DNA of 64,000 bases. Origin: an uncultured Clostridia bacterium. Its GTDB lineage: Bacteria > Bacillota > Clostridia > Christensenellales > UBA1242. Within the stretch, counting starts at the first letter, position 1. Each line of letters opens with the position of its first letter. The notes under the pieces were generated by a model. The model did not search any database, was not told where the DNA came from, and saw only the letters and a program-made list of their open reading frames with translations. Both the position numbers and the translations under genes were made by a program. The stretch is from contig CALKLQ010000055.1 in assembly GCA_937992055.1 (NCBI GenBank), positions 362 to 64,361 on the forward strand, given 5' to 3'. Below are positions 51,146-58,911 of the stretch, piece after piece.

Positions 51146-51424
51146 TGTACATTCATCATCATCAAAAATTATTTCAATCATATTTGCTTGACCTTTTACA
51201 TTCCAAATATTCAAAATAAAATCATCAAGATCTGTAAGTTCCTTTTTGCATTTTATATCTATTACGTTATAAAATTTTATAATATAGCATTTGCTTGTTT
51301 CAAATCCAGAAACTTGGTTTGTAAATAATGTAAAAGTTAGTTCATTATCCTTTTTATTAAAAATAAAATTATTTGCTCTACAATCATGAAAATTATTCTC
51401 TTTAACAAATTTTCTTAGTTTCAT
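51107..51424 (-). CDS. small FHD-motif protein, immunity-like (105 aa)
   Basis: AAGGAG RBS. Paralog of 48152..48466. Lies directly downstream of the nonsense-mutated toxin-like gene. Confidence 0.7.
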   Translation of the reverse strand: MKLRKFVKENNFHDCRANNFIFNKKDNELTFTLFTNQVSGFETSKCYIIKFYNVIDIKCKKELTDLDDFILNIWNVKGQANMIEIIFDDDECTTIYVTATNVEIL

Positions 51425-51464
51425 TTTTTATCTCCTTTTAAGCCTAATAAATTTAATAGTTCTT

Positions 51465-51743
51465 CTAATGTAAGAGCACTTCAGGGCTATGCCTAGGTGC
51501 TGGATTTCCATTTTTATCTAAATAATAATCATTATTGCCGGTTTTATTTGGATTTGTCATGTGATAATGTTCAGGATCACCATTTCTTGCAGGATCCTTT
51601 CGAAATATTCGATTTGTTTTGTTGTCTCTATACTCTCTATGTCCATGCTCTCTTTGCCCTGGTCTTGACGTATCGCTAAATCTGCTTCCGCGAAAAGATC
51701 CACCACCGCCACCGCCAAAAAGTTATATATTAAATTTACTCAT
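51465..51743 (-). pseudogene. toxin-like gene copy 2, inactivated by an in-frame TAA at codon 7
   Basis: GGAGGGAG RBS then ATG AGT AAA TTT AAT ATA TAA CTT TTT GGC GGT GGC... The intact copy has ...TTA CAA CTT TTT GGC GGT GGC... The rest of the frame is open: LFGGGGGGSFRGSRF...DPEHYHMTNPNKTGNNDYYLDKNGNPAPRHSPEVLLH*. Confidence 0.7.
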
Positions 51744-51795
51744 ACTCCCTCCTCTAATCGTTCCACTTTTTGTGATTACAGGGGGATATTTTTAA
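51702..51795. repeat. 94-nt repeat R3, copy 2 (about 84 percent identical to 52851..52944)
   Basis: Hand alignment gives 79/94 matches. Covers the leader codons, the RBS and a relic of the last ~17 codons of the ParB-DUF4417 gene. Confidence 0.75.
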
Positions 51796-51798
51796 TAC

Positions 51799-52539
51799 TT
51801 ATCTTTCTCCTTTTGACATATTATCTATATAAAATTTGTAATAGTGAGAATCTATATATGTTATTTTATCAAGTTGAAATGAAACTTTATCTGATTTAAA
51901 TTTAATTGAATTTGTGGTTTCAATCCATCCAGCTTCAACGTCGTCAAAAGTTGTTATTATTGTTACTTCCCCGTTATTTTCTTTCAACGAAACAATTTCC
52001 CATTGATCATTATCAATATTTTTACCATAATATTCATTTACATTAAAAAATTTTATTATTAAATCCAAATCATTTTTGCTGGATATTGAAATTTTTTTAT
52101 TTTGAATCCAATTGTGAAAAAATATATGCATAGTTAATACTTTATCTTCGTTGTTGTATTGTAATCCGTAATTAGTTGACATTTCAAAATTTACATTATT
52201 CACATAAGACGAATCTTTCTTAAGAATATATTCTTTATCATCGTACAATAATTCAATATTGGGAAAATTTTGCTCGTTGAATTGCAACAAATCGCTCTTT
52301 CTCAATTTTGAATTTTTATTTTTCTTTAAAACTTTTAAAACCCTAAAACCAACATAAAATTTTTCTTTAAACACAAAAATTCTTTCAAAAATTGCATGCA
52401 CAATTTCATTATTATTTACAATAACATAAATAAATTTAAAGTTTTTGTCATTTTTTTCTTTTCTACAAATAAAATTATAAATTTTAGAATTTTTATCTAG
52501 TTTATTAATTTCTTTTAAAGTTAAATCTTTTATAATCAT
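51799..52539 (-). CDS. hypothetical protein (246 aa), candidate cognate immunity of the intact toxin-like gene
   Basis: Its ATG overlaps the upstream stop (ATGA at 52536..52539), suggesting translational coupling. No signal peptide or TM segment. The C-terminal half (MHIFFHNWIQNKKISI...EVTIITTFDD) loosely resembles the FHD-motif proteins. Confidence 0.6.
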   Translation of the reverse strand: MIIKDLTLKEINKLDKNSKIYNFICRKEKNDKNFKFIYVIVNNNEIVHAIFERIFVFKEKFYVGFRVLKVLKKNKNSKLRKSDLLQFNEQNFPNIELLYDDKEYILKKDSSYVNNVNFEMSTNYGLQYNNEDKVLTMHIFFHNWIQNKKISISSKNDLDLIIKFFNVNEYYGKNIDNDQWEIVSLKENNGEVTIITTFDDVEAGWIETTNSIKFKSDKVSFQLDKITYIDSHYYKFYIDNMSKGER

Positions 52540-52892
52540 TTTTTCGACCCTCCATATAAATGTGATCCTTTTGAATTTTTTTCTGTAGGATGTCCATATC
52601 TATCTAAATAAAAATCTTTATCGTTTTTACTATTAGGATTTCTCCAATGATAATGATCTTTGCCTTTGTTTCCTGATAGACCTTGTCGCCCTTTATGAAA
52701 TTCTACTTTATCTCCAGTTTTAGGATTATGATATTCCTTTACGTGTGGTGGTTTTCTTGGGTCTGTCACATCTCTCCAACCATTCCGTTCTAAATCTCGC
52801 GGGTTTTTGGGTAAACTATTGTAACTGTATTTAGTATACATGCCACTTGAACCACCGCCACCGCCAAAAAGTTGTAAGTTAAATTTAAACAT
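52536..52892 (-). CDS. small toxin-like protein with a Prp-type N-terminal leader (118 aa)
   Basis: AGGAGG RBS 5 nt before ATG 52892. The track start 52919 lies inside the upstream gene. MFKFNLQLFGGGGGSSGMYTKY...GDKVEFHKGRQGLSGNKGKDHYHWRNPNSKNDKDFYLDRYGHPTEKNSKGSHLYGGSKK. The start overlaps the ParB-DUF4417 stop by 8 nt. Confidence 0.7.
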   Translation of the reverse strand: MFKFNLQLFGGGGGSSGMYTKYSYNSLPKNPRDLERNGWRDVTDPRKPPHVKEYHNPKTGDKVEFHKGRQGLSGNKGKDHYHWRNPNSKNDKDFYLDRYGHPTEKNSKGSHLYGGSKK

Positions 52893-52944
52893 AATTCCTC
52901 CTAAAATCGTTCCACTCATTGTGATTGTAAGGGAATATTTTTAA
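52851..52944. repeat. 94-nt repeat R3, copy 1
   Basis: See 51702..51795. Confidence 0.75.
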
Positions 52945-53934
52945 ATTTCCACCCATTTTTGGAAATGGTTTATCATAACATATGATAGCACTTGGTTTTA
53001 CAATTTCCAACATTTTGTTATATCCTTTCATAAATTCCTCTTCAATTTTTTGCTTCCCAAAAGTTGCGACTGCAACAACACTTCCTTCTTCTACACCATC
53101 AAAACAAAATTCAAAGCTTTTTTCATCACTCCACTCAATCGTTGGAATAACCCTCAACCCTAAACTTTGCCAATATGCTCCACACCAACGATTTTTGAAA
53201 GTGTTTTTTATTTGCAAAGAAATTGACATATCTGTATACAAACTATAATCTGGCGTTAATAGGCAATAATATTGTTTTAATTTGTTAACTGCCAAATCTG
53301 GGTGTGAATACACATAATCAAATTTGTAGTCATATGTAAAAAATTGTATTGTTTTATCCATATTTTTAAAGTCGTTATATTTTGTGTTTGAAAAGTTCAT
53401 TAGTTTAATTTTTTCCAAATTAATGTCTTGCTTTTTGACAAGTGGCATTTGATATTTCCCAACCATTTCAAACTCATTTCTTGCAAGTTTTTGCTTATGT
53501 CTTGCAAGATAATCTCTAAAACTATCATTATCTATATTTAAATTTTCAAGTTTAGCGGTATTAACACCAAAACTTTCAAAATTGAAATTTTGCAGTTTTT
53601 TCAACTCTTGCAATAAAATGCCATCATCAAATCCCGTTTCCAAATTTACTGCGTTATGGGCAATCACATATGCTTGACGCTCTTCATCTGTCAAATGGTC
53701 AAGACGTACACATGGCAGTTTTTTAAGCCCCAACAATTTTGCGGCTTCAACTCTGCCATTTCCTTCCAAAACAACATTATCTTCGCCAGCTATGCCTAGT
53801 GGGTCATTAAAGCCAAATTCTTCAATTGAATTTGCAATGTGTCGTATCTGTTCTTTAGTATGAATTTTAGAGTTGTTTTCAAAATGCGTCAGTTCTGAAA
53901 TATCTACATAATCAATTTTTAAATCTTCTTTCAT
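52885..53934 (-). CDS. ParB-like nuclease domain / DUF4417 fusion protein
   Basis: Start set to ATG 53934 (AGGAGA RBS; MKEDLKIDYVDISELTHFENNSKIH...). The N-terminal ParB-like domain has NVVLEGNGRVEAAKLLGLKKLPCV. The C-terminal region FFTYDYKFDYVY...LTPDYSLYTDMSISLQIKNTFKNRWCGAYWQSLGLRVIPTIEWSDEKSFEFCFDG matches the recalled DUF4417 pattern. Confidence 0.7.
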   Translation of the reverse strand: MKEDLKIDYVDISELTHFENNSKIHTKEQIRHIANSIEEFGFNDPLGIAGEDNVVLEGNGRVEAAKLLGLKKLPCVRLDHLTDEERQAYVIAHNAVNLETGFDDGILLQELKKLQNFNFESFGVNTAKLENLNIDNDSFRDYLARHKQKLARNEFEMVGKYQMPLVKKQDINLEKIKLMNFSNTKYNDFKNMDKTIQFFTYDYKFDYVYSHPDLAVNKLKQYYCLLTPDYSLYTDMSISLQIKNTFKNRWCGAYWQSLGLRVIPTIEWSDEKSFEFCFDGVEEGSVVAVATFGKQKIEEEFMKGYNKMLEIVKPSAIICYDKPFPKMGGNLKIFPYNHNEWNDFRRNYV

Positions 53935-54380
53935 CTTTTTCTCCTTATTTCTGGCGTAAGCCTTAAATCTTTTAAAATCTTTTCCAGATGTTTGTTGCAA
54001 TCTAATAAAATTTTGTAGTGTTCATTTTCTTTAACAACAACTTTTGGAGTTTTCCCATCATTTGAAATTCCTGTAACAATTCTAATGTATCTTTCAGGAT
54101 TTTCATTCCATTTTTTCCAAGCCCTATCTCGCATAACTTTTAATTGACAATATTGCCAAATCAATTCAACATCAGACTCAGTTAGACAGTATTTAATACT
54201 TTTCTGTAATTGATTTACAATGCTTTTATAAACAATTTTTTCTTCGTCGGATAAATATTCCGGAACCTTCAAAATTTCATTATTCTGATTAATTCTTTCT
54301 TGTTCATATTTTTGCCACTGTAGATTCATCTCTTCTTTTCGTGTCTTTTCTTTCTTTTCATATTCTTCATCAAAAAACAT
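53931..54380 (-). CDS. phage terminase small subunit, P27 family-like
   Basis: Start set to ATG 54380 (AAAGGAGAAAAA RBS; the track start is TTG). VPEYLSDEEKIVYKSIVNQL...SDVELIWQYCQL...LLDCNKHLEKILKDLRLTPEIRRK fits the recalled P27-family layout ending in L-[GR]-L-T-P-x-x-R. Confidence 0.6.
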   Translation of the reverse strand: MFFDEEYEKKEKTRKEEMNLQWQKYEQERINQNNEILKVPEYLSDEEKIVYKSIVNQLQKSIKYCLTESDVELIWQYCQLKVMRDRAWKKWNENPERYIRIVTGISNDGKTPKVVVKENEHYKILLDCNKHLEKILKDLRLTPEIRRKR

Positions 54381-54660
54381 TTTTTCTCCTTTTATAATAC
54401 AAAAGGTTGAAAAGACAATTCGTCTTCTCAACCTTAATTTTATTTTATCTTATCATACAAATCATCAAAACTGCAAGAAAGTATGCCAACTTTTAATTTA
54501 ACTAATCATTTTCTGACTTTTATAAATTTAAATATAACTCTACTGTAATTTCTAAATATTGTATATCAAAAGCAATTCATTAATAAACAAGGAAAATTAA
54601 ATTAATCTATCTAAATTTAAGTTAGTTCGATATTTTGTTTATTATTCATATTCATTGCAA

Positions 54661-55380
54661 TCAATTTTTTAATTCTTTTACTTTTCCGTTTTTTATAGAA
54701 TATAATTCGCCATAATATTCAACATTGTTATTATCTAATAATATATATGAGCCGTTTGTCATACCAATAAATTCTTTTTCTTTTGAAAGTGGTAAAACAT
54801 AATCATTTATTACATCAATTTCCTCACAAGCAATTTGATATGTTTTTGTTTTGCCATCAAAATGTGGAATAATAATTTTACTAAAAAATCCCAAACCCTC
54901 AAGCCATCTAGGTTGGTCCAAATCACTATTTTCTTCAGGAAAATTAGCTACAGTCTTACACAAATTCATTGTACCAGCTGAAATACTAATCACTAAGCCT
55001 TTAAAATTTGTTAAAATTTCTTTCAAATGAATATGCTTAAAAAATTCAAGTTCGCACAAACATTTCCCACCACTTAAAATAATTAGATCTGCATCTTGCA
55101 ATATTTCTTTTGCAAAATTAAGATTTCTGCTGTCTAGTAAAATATTCTCTTTAAAGTGCAACCCTGTTTTATGAAAACTTTCACTCATCGACACAAATTT
55201 AATTTCATTTTCATCGAAGTTGTTAGGATCATTTGAAACATAAACAAACTTGTCATATTTTTTTATAAATTTCTTTATATTAGTCAGAATTTTATTTTTG
55301 TCTTCTATTGGAATAGAATGTCTTATATTATTTTCATCTTTATAATTTGTTTCTAATTGGCTTGTCAATATAAATGCCAT
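54661..55380 (-). CDS. peptidase S51 (dipeptidase E-like) family protein
   Basis: 239 aa. ADLIILSGGK and VISISAGTMN (nucleophile-elbow-like Ser) spaced as in S51 or class I amidotransferase-like folds. Confidence 0.55.
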   Translation of the reverse strand: MAFILTSQLETNYKDENNIRHSIPIEDKNKILTNIKKFIKKYDKFVYVSNDPNNFDENEIKFVSMSESFHKTGLHFKENILLDSRNLNFAKEILQDADLIILSGGKCLCELEFFKHIHLKEILTNFKGLVISISAGTMNLCKTVANFPEENSDLDQPRWLEGLGFFSKIIIPHFDGKTKTYQIACEEIDVINDYVLPLSKEKEFIGMTNGSYILLDNNNVEYYGELYSIKNGKVKELKN

Positions 55381-55394
55381 TTTTAATCTCCCAT

Positions 55395-56084
55395 TTACAT
55401 TTGTTTAGAAATTTTTAGTAGTTTATCTTTGTTTGCTTGGTTATAAAGTTCTTTTGTTTCAAAGTGCATAGCCACTAATTTTGAGGTATTTTCAAACTTT
55501 TTAATTTGCTCATAATCAATATGTGATTTAGGATAATTAGATATTTCAACATATATTTTTTTATAATTTTTATCATTATTTATTTTTTTAATATAATCCA
55601 AATCACGAGTATCACCACTATAATAATATTTGCCTTGCTCATCTTGAAATTCCACGCCAAAACACTCCAAATCAGGTGTGTGCAGAGTTTTCTTTGCTTT
55701 TATTATAATATTTTCAAATTTAATTTTGTTTGATGTGCTAAATTTATAATATTTTTTGTCTATGCCCATCATTTGAAGAAGTTTGTTTAAATGATTTATA
55801 AATGTTTTGCTATTAGCTAAAATTATCGGTGTTTTCTTAAAAACAATGCCGCATTGCCAAATCAGTGCGCCCAATCCAGATATATGGTCAGCATGGGTAT
55901 GGGTTATCACAATATAAATATTGTTTGTCTTATCACTCAACACTTTATTTTTTAACAATTTTTGCACGCAATTATAATTAGGGTCAATGACAACAAAATT
56001 ATTTTTTTCTATAAGCGCAGCACAATTAGGATAAAAATCTGAGTTTAAAGCTCCCCCAATTCCATAAAAAACCAAATCTTTCAT
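55395..56084 (-). CDS. MBL-fold metallo-hydrolase
   Basis: 229 aa. THTHADHISG (HxHxDH) plus downstream His/Asp (HTPD, YSGDT). Confidence 0.75.
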   Translation of the reverse strand: MKDLVFYGIGGALNSDFYPNCAALIEKNNFVVIDPNYNCVQKLLKNKVLSDKTNNIYIVITHTHADHISGLGALIWQCGIVFKKTPIILANSKTFINHLNKLLQMMGIDKKYYKFSTSNKIKFENIIIKAKKTLHTPDLECFGVEFQDEQGKYYYSGDTRDLDYIKKINNDKNYKKIYVEISNYPKSHIDYEQIKKFENTSKLVAMHFETKELYNQANKDKLLKISKQM

Positions 56085-56292
56085 AACTCTCAGCCCCTTC
56101 TTTATTATATATTACACAAAAAAAGCACATTATATCAAATATTTTAAACCTTTAATCATTTCAAAATTATTATTTCATTTTTCTCTATTAAATGCTAACA
56201 AAAAGCAGAGTTTGAATATCAAAAATGTGTATTGACTCAGTTTTCTTAATATGATATAATTTATGTATATAATTTAAAAAATGGAGATAATA

Positions 56293-56508
56293 ATGACAAA
56301 TAAAAGTATGAACGATGACACTGCTAGAGTTGCCGAAGGCCTAAAAAAGTATAAAAACGAAAAGGTTACAATTCTTGTTAAGGATAATCATGTCGAAAAC
56401 AAATCAAGTATCTTAGAAGACGACACTGCTAGAGTTGCCGAAGGTTTAAAAAAATACAAAAATGAAAAGGTTACTCTTCTTATTAATGATAACACCCCTA
56501 CTTTATAA
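56293..56508 (+). CDS. small hypothetical protein with an internal 35-aa duplication
   Basis: GGAGA RBS then ATG 56293 (the track start 56281 contains the RBS). DDTARVAEGLKKYKNEKVT-[IL]-L occurs twice, 35 residues apart. Confidence 0.5.
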   Translation: MTNKSMNDDTARVAEGLKKYKNEKVTILVKDNHVENKSSILEDDTARVAEGLKKYKNEKVTLLINDNTPTL

Positions 56509-56515
56509 TCTTTCC

Positions 56516-56544
56516 CCGCTTGCAAAAATGCAAGTGGTTTTTTT
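56516..56544 (+). terminator. rho-independent terminator
   Basis: ccgcttgca-aaaa-tgcaagtgg forms a 9-bp stem with one G-U pair, followed by TTTTTTT. Begins 8 nt after the stop at 56508. Confidence 0.65.
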
Positions 56545-56758
56545 ATGCTATAAAAATATAAAACTTTGCCTATTAAATTACGTTATCGCGGAAAACTTAT
56601 TCAAGCTTATTTAATAAAAAGATTTGAGCACATAAAATACTAAAACAACAATTAAGCACTCAAACTTTTAGTTTATGAGAAAAATCTTGAAAAAAAACAC
56701 CTTTGCAAAAGTTTCATAATGAAATCAATTGCAATGGTGTTTTTAAATTTAATAATTC

Positions 56759-57232
56759 TTATAAATTGTTCTCCATTCCCTTTTGTGCGTTTAAATTACG
56801 CGAAAAACTTCTGCAAACATTTTTCAAGATTTCTTGTGCCCTTTCTTCTGAAAGGTCAGAACTAACTTTTTCAATCATTTCTGCAAAATTAGAAAGTTGT
56901 TCTTCATCTAGTTTTACCCCTCTTAATTCACCACATAGATGATGAGGTTTTCTATAACGATTGTTTCTTCTAACTTTGTTAACAAAAAATCCATGTTCAA
57001 CCAACTTGTTTATCAAGATTTCACGAACAGCAAATTTTGTGGTTGGAATGGTTTTTAATTTATTTCCAACTTTTTTAACTAGAACAAAATTTGGCAATTT
57101 AGATGTTTCTAATTCAATTATATCTCCATAAACATCTTTTTTTGCGTGAACAACATTATATACCTTCACAATTCTTAAATCTTCAACTTTAGTCACTTTC
57201 TTCTCCTTTTTTGCTTTTGTAATGCAAAGCAT
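56759..57232 (-). CDS. hypothetical protein (157 aa)
   Basis: ORF with a basic central stretch (KVRRNNRYRKPHH). No family recognised. Confidence 0.45.
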   Translation of the reverse strand: MLCITKAKKEKKVTKVEDLRIVKVYNVVHAKKDVYGDIIELETSKLPNFVLVKKVGNKLKTIPTTKFAVREILINKLVEHGFFVNKVRRNNRYRKPHHLCGELRGVKLDEEQLSNFAEMIEKVSSDLSEERAQEILKNVCRSFSRNLNAQKGMENNL

Positions 57233-57433
57233 ATAATTTTAAACAACTTTATTTAAAATGTCAATATCAATACTAAAAGTAACTTTTTATATTAATTAAA
57301 TTAAAAAAATTTCATTTAAAACTAAATTTATAGTTTAATAAACTATCTTTAAAAAACAATTAAAAAGAACCTTAAAAATAAATATTTCAAAGATTAATAA
57401 AAAATTGTCAAAAGCTCCATTAACAAATTAAAT

Positions 57434-58870
57434 TTAAATTTCATGTAGCTTTACATTTAGCAATTCATTTTTTATTTTTTTAAGTTTATCAGAAAGATTT
57501 ACCACATAAGTATGTGGGTTTACTAATCTCAACGCCTCTTCCCACAGGGTATTAAGTTCAGATTGAACCTTTTGGCGGGTTTGAGAAATACTTGGAATTT
57601 TATATATAATCTCTCCATTTTCCATCATTTTCTTGCGCAAATTGATTACTTTATAATCCTCAACATCTTTTGTTACCCAACTGTTATCTGGATGAGTTAA
57701 AGTGAGTTTACCTTTAGGCAATTCTTCATCGTAAACGCAAAGTAAATCATTTATAAGTTTTCCATCTCTATTGTAAATACGATAAATCTTTTTAAAATGT
57801 GGATTGGTTATCTTTTCAACATTGTCAGAAATTTTTATTTTTGGAACAATCTCATTGTTTTTTTCAATTGCAACAAGTTTATAAACTCCACCAAAAACTG
57901 GATTAGATTTACTTGTAATCAGATTTTCGCCCACTCCAAAGCTATCAATTGGAGCATTTTGCTCTATTAATGATGCAATAACATATTCATCTAAAGAGTT
58001 TGAAGTTACAATTTTTGTATCTTTCAAGCCTGCTTCATCCAACATTTTTCTTGACACCTTAGACAAATATGCCAAATCTCCACTATCGATTCTAATTCCA
58101 GCAAGTGTCTTGTTTTTTGGTTTTAGAACCTCGTTGTTAACCTTTATAGCATTTGGGATTCCACTATTTAAAGTATTATAAGTATCAACCAAAAAGGTAC
58201 TTGAGTTAGGAAAGCTTTCCGCATATGCTTTAAAAGCCTCATACTCGCTATCAAAACTTTGAATAAAGCTATGACCCATTGTGCCTAAAACGGGCACATT
58301 ATATTTTTTTCCTGTTTGGGTACATGCTGTGCCGTTTGCACCAGCTATGTATGCCGCCAAAGCCCCGTCTACAGCGGCAGATTCTCCTTGTGCTCTTCTG
58401 CTTCCAAATTCCATAACAGTTCTACCTTTAGCACTTCTAACAATTCTACTTGCCTTGGTCGTTATCAAACTATTATGATTAAAAAATATCAAAAGCGCGG
58501 TTTCAACAAGTTGAGCTTCAAGAAGGGGCGCCTTAATAGTAATCACTGGCTCATTTGGAAAAACTATGGTCCCATCTTCAACCGCCCACATGTCACCTGT
58601 GAATTTTATATTTTTTAATCTCTTTAAATAAGCTTCACTAAACAAATTTAAACTTTTCAAATAATCAATATCACTTTCAGAAAAGTGAAATTGTGACAAA
58701 TATTCAACACATTTATTTACCCCATTAGCAATTACAAAACTGCCACCATCAGGCACTTTTCTAAAAAACAAATCAAAATATGCGATATTATTATCAATTT
58801 TTTTATCAAAATATCCCTGTCCCATTGTTAACTCGTAAAAATCCATTACTAAATTATTAAATTCTTCCAT
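57434..58870 (-). CDS. pncB: nicotinate phosphoribosyltransferase
   Basis: 478 aa. N-terminal DFYELTMGQGYF, GTMGHSFIQSF and IRIDSGDLAYLS blocks typical of NAPRTase. Confidence 0.9.
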   Translation of the reverse strand: MEEFNNLVMDFYELTMGQGYFDKKIDNNIAYFDLFFRKVPDGGSFVIANGVNKCVEYLSQFHFSESDIDYLKSLNLFSEAYLKRLKNIKFTGDMWAVEDGTIVFPNEPVITIKAPLLEAQLVETALLIFFNHNSLITTKASRIVRSAKGRTVMEFGSRRAQGESAAVDGALAAYIAGANGTACTQTGKKYNVPVLGTMGHSFIQSFDSEYEAFKAYAESFPNSSTFLVDTYNTLNSGIPNAIKVNNEVLKPKNKTLAGIRIDSGDLAYLSKVSRKMLDEAGLKDTKIVTSNSLDEYVIASLIEQNAPIDSFGVGENLITSKSNPVFGGVYKLVAIEKNNEIVPKIKISDNVEKITNPHFKKIYRIYNRDGKLINDLLCVYDEELPKGKLTLTHPDNSWVTKDVEDYKVINLRKKMMENGEIIYKIPSISQTRQKVQSELNTLWEEALRLVNPHTYVVNLSDKLKKIKNELLNVKLHEI

Positions 58871-58911
58871 ATCATACTCCTATTTTTTTGTTTTTGAAAG
58901 CGACAATTATC

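Larger units (their letters stand above)
45434..54431 (-). mobile_element. phage-derived genomic island next to tRNA-Leu (degraded prophage or satellite-like; boundaries approximate)
   Basis: Sits immediately 3' of a tRNA gene. Contains a P27-type small terminase, two ParB-like nuclease-domain genes, DUF4417, a DUF488-like gene, a radical SAM gene, duplicated fragments and pseudogenes. All genes are co-oriented. No integrase, large terminase or structural genes are visible. Confidence 0.5.

Noticed and set aside
52851-52892. Reading the MFKFNLQLFGGGG N-terminus as a double-glycine bacteriocin leader
   Set aside because: Double-glycine leaders are usually 15-30 residues with a different consensus, and they need a nearby C39-peptidase ABC exporter. 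None is present. The K-F-N-L-Q-x-F match to the Prp site is much closer.
54432-54660. Direct repeat of the tRNA-Leu 3' end (attR) and an integrase gene at the distal island border
   Set aside because: I did not find a copy of ...GTCCCGCCTTCGGCACCA or any integrase-sized ORF by eye. The island boundaries therefore remain approximate.
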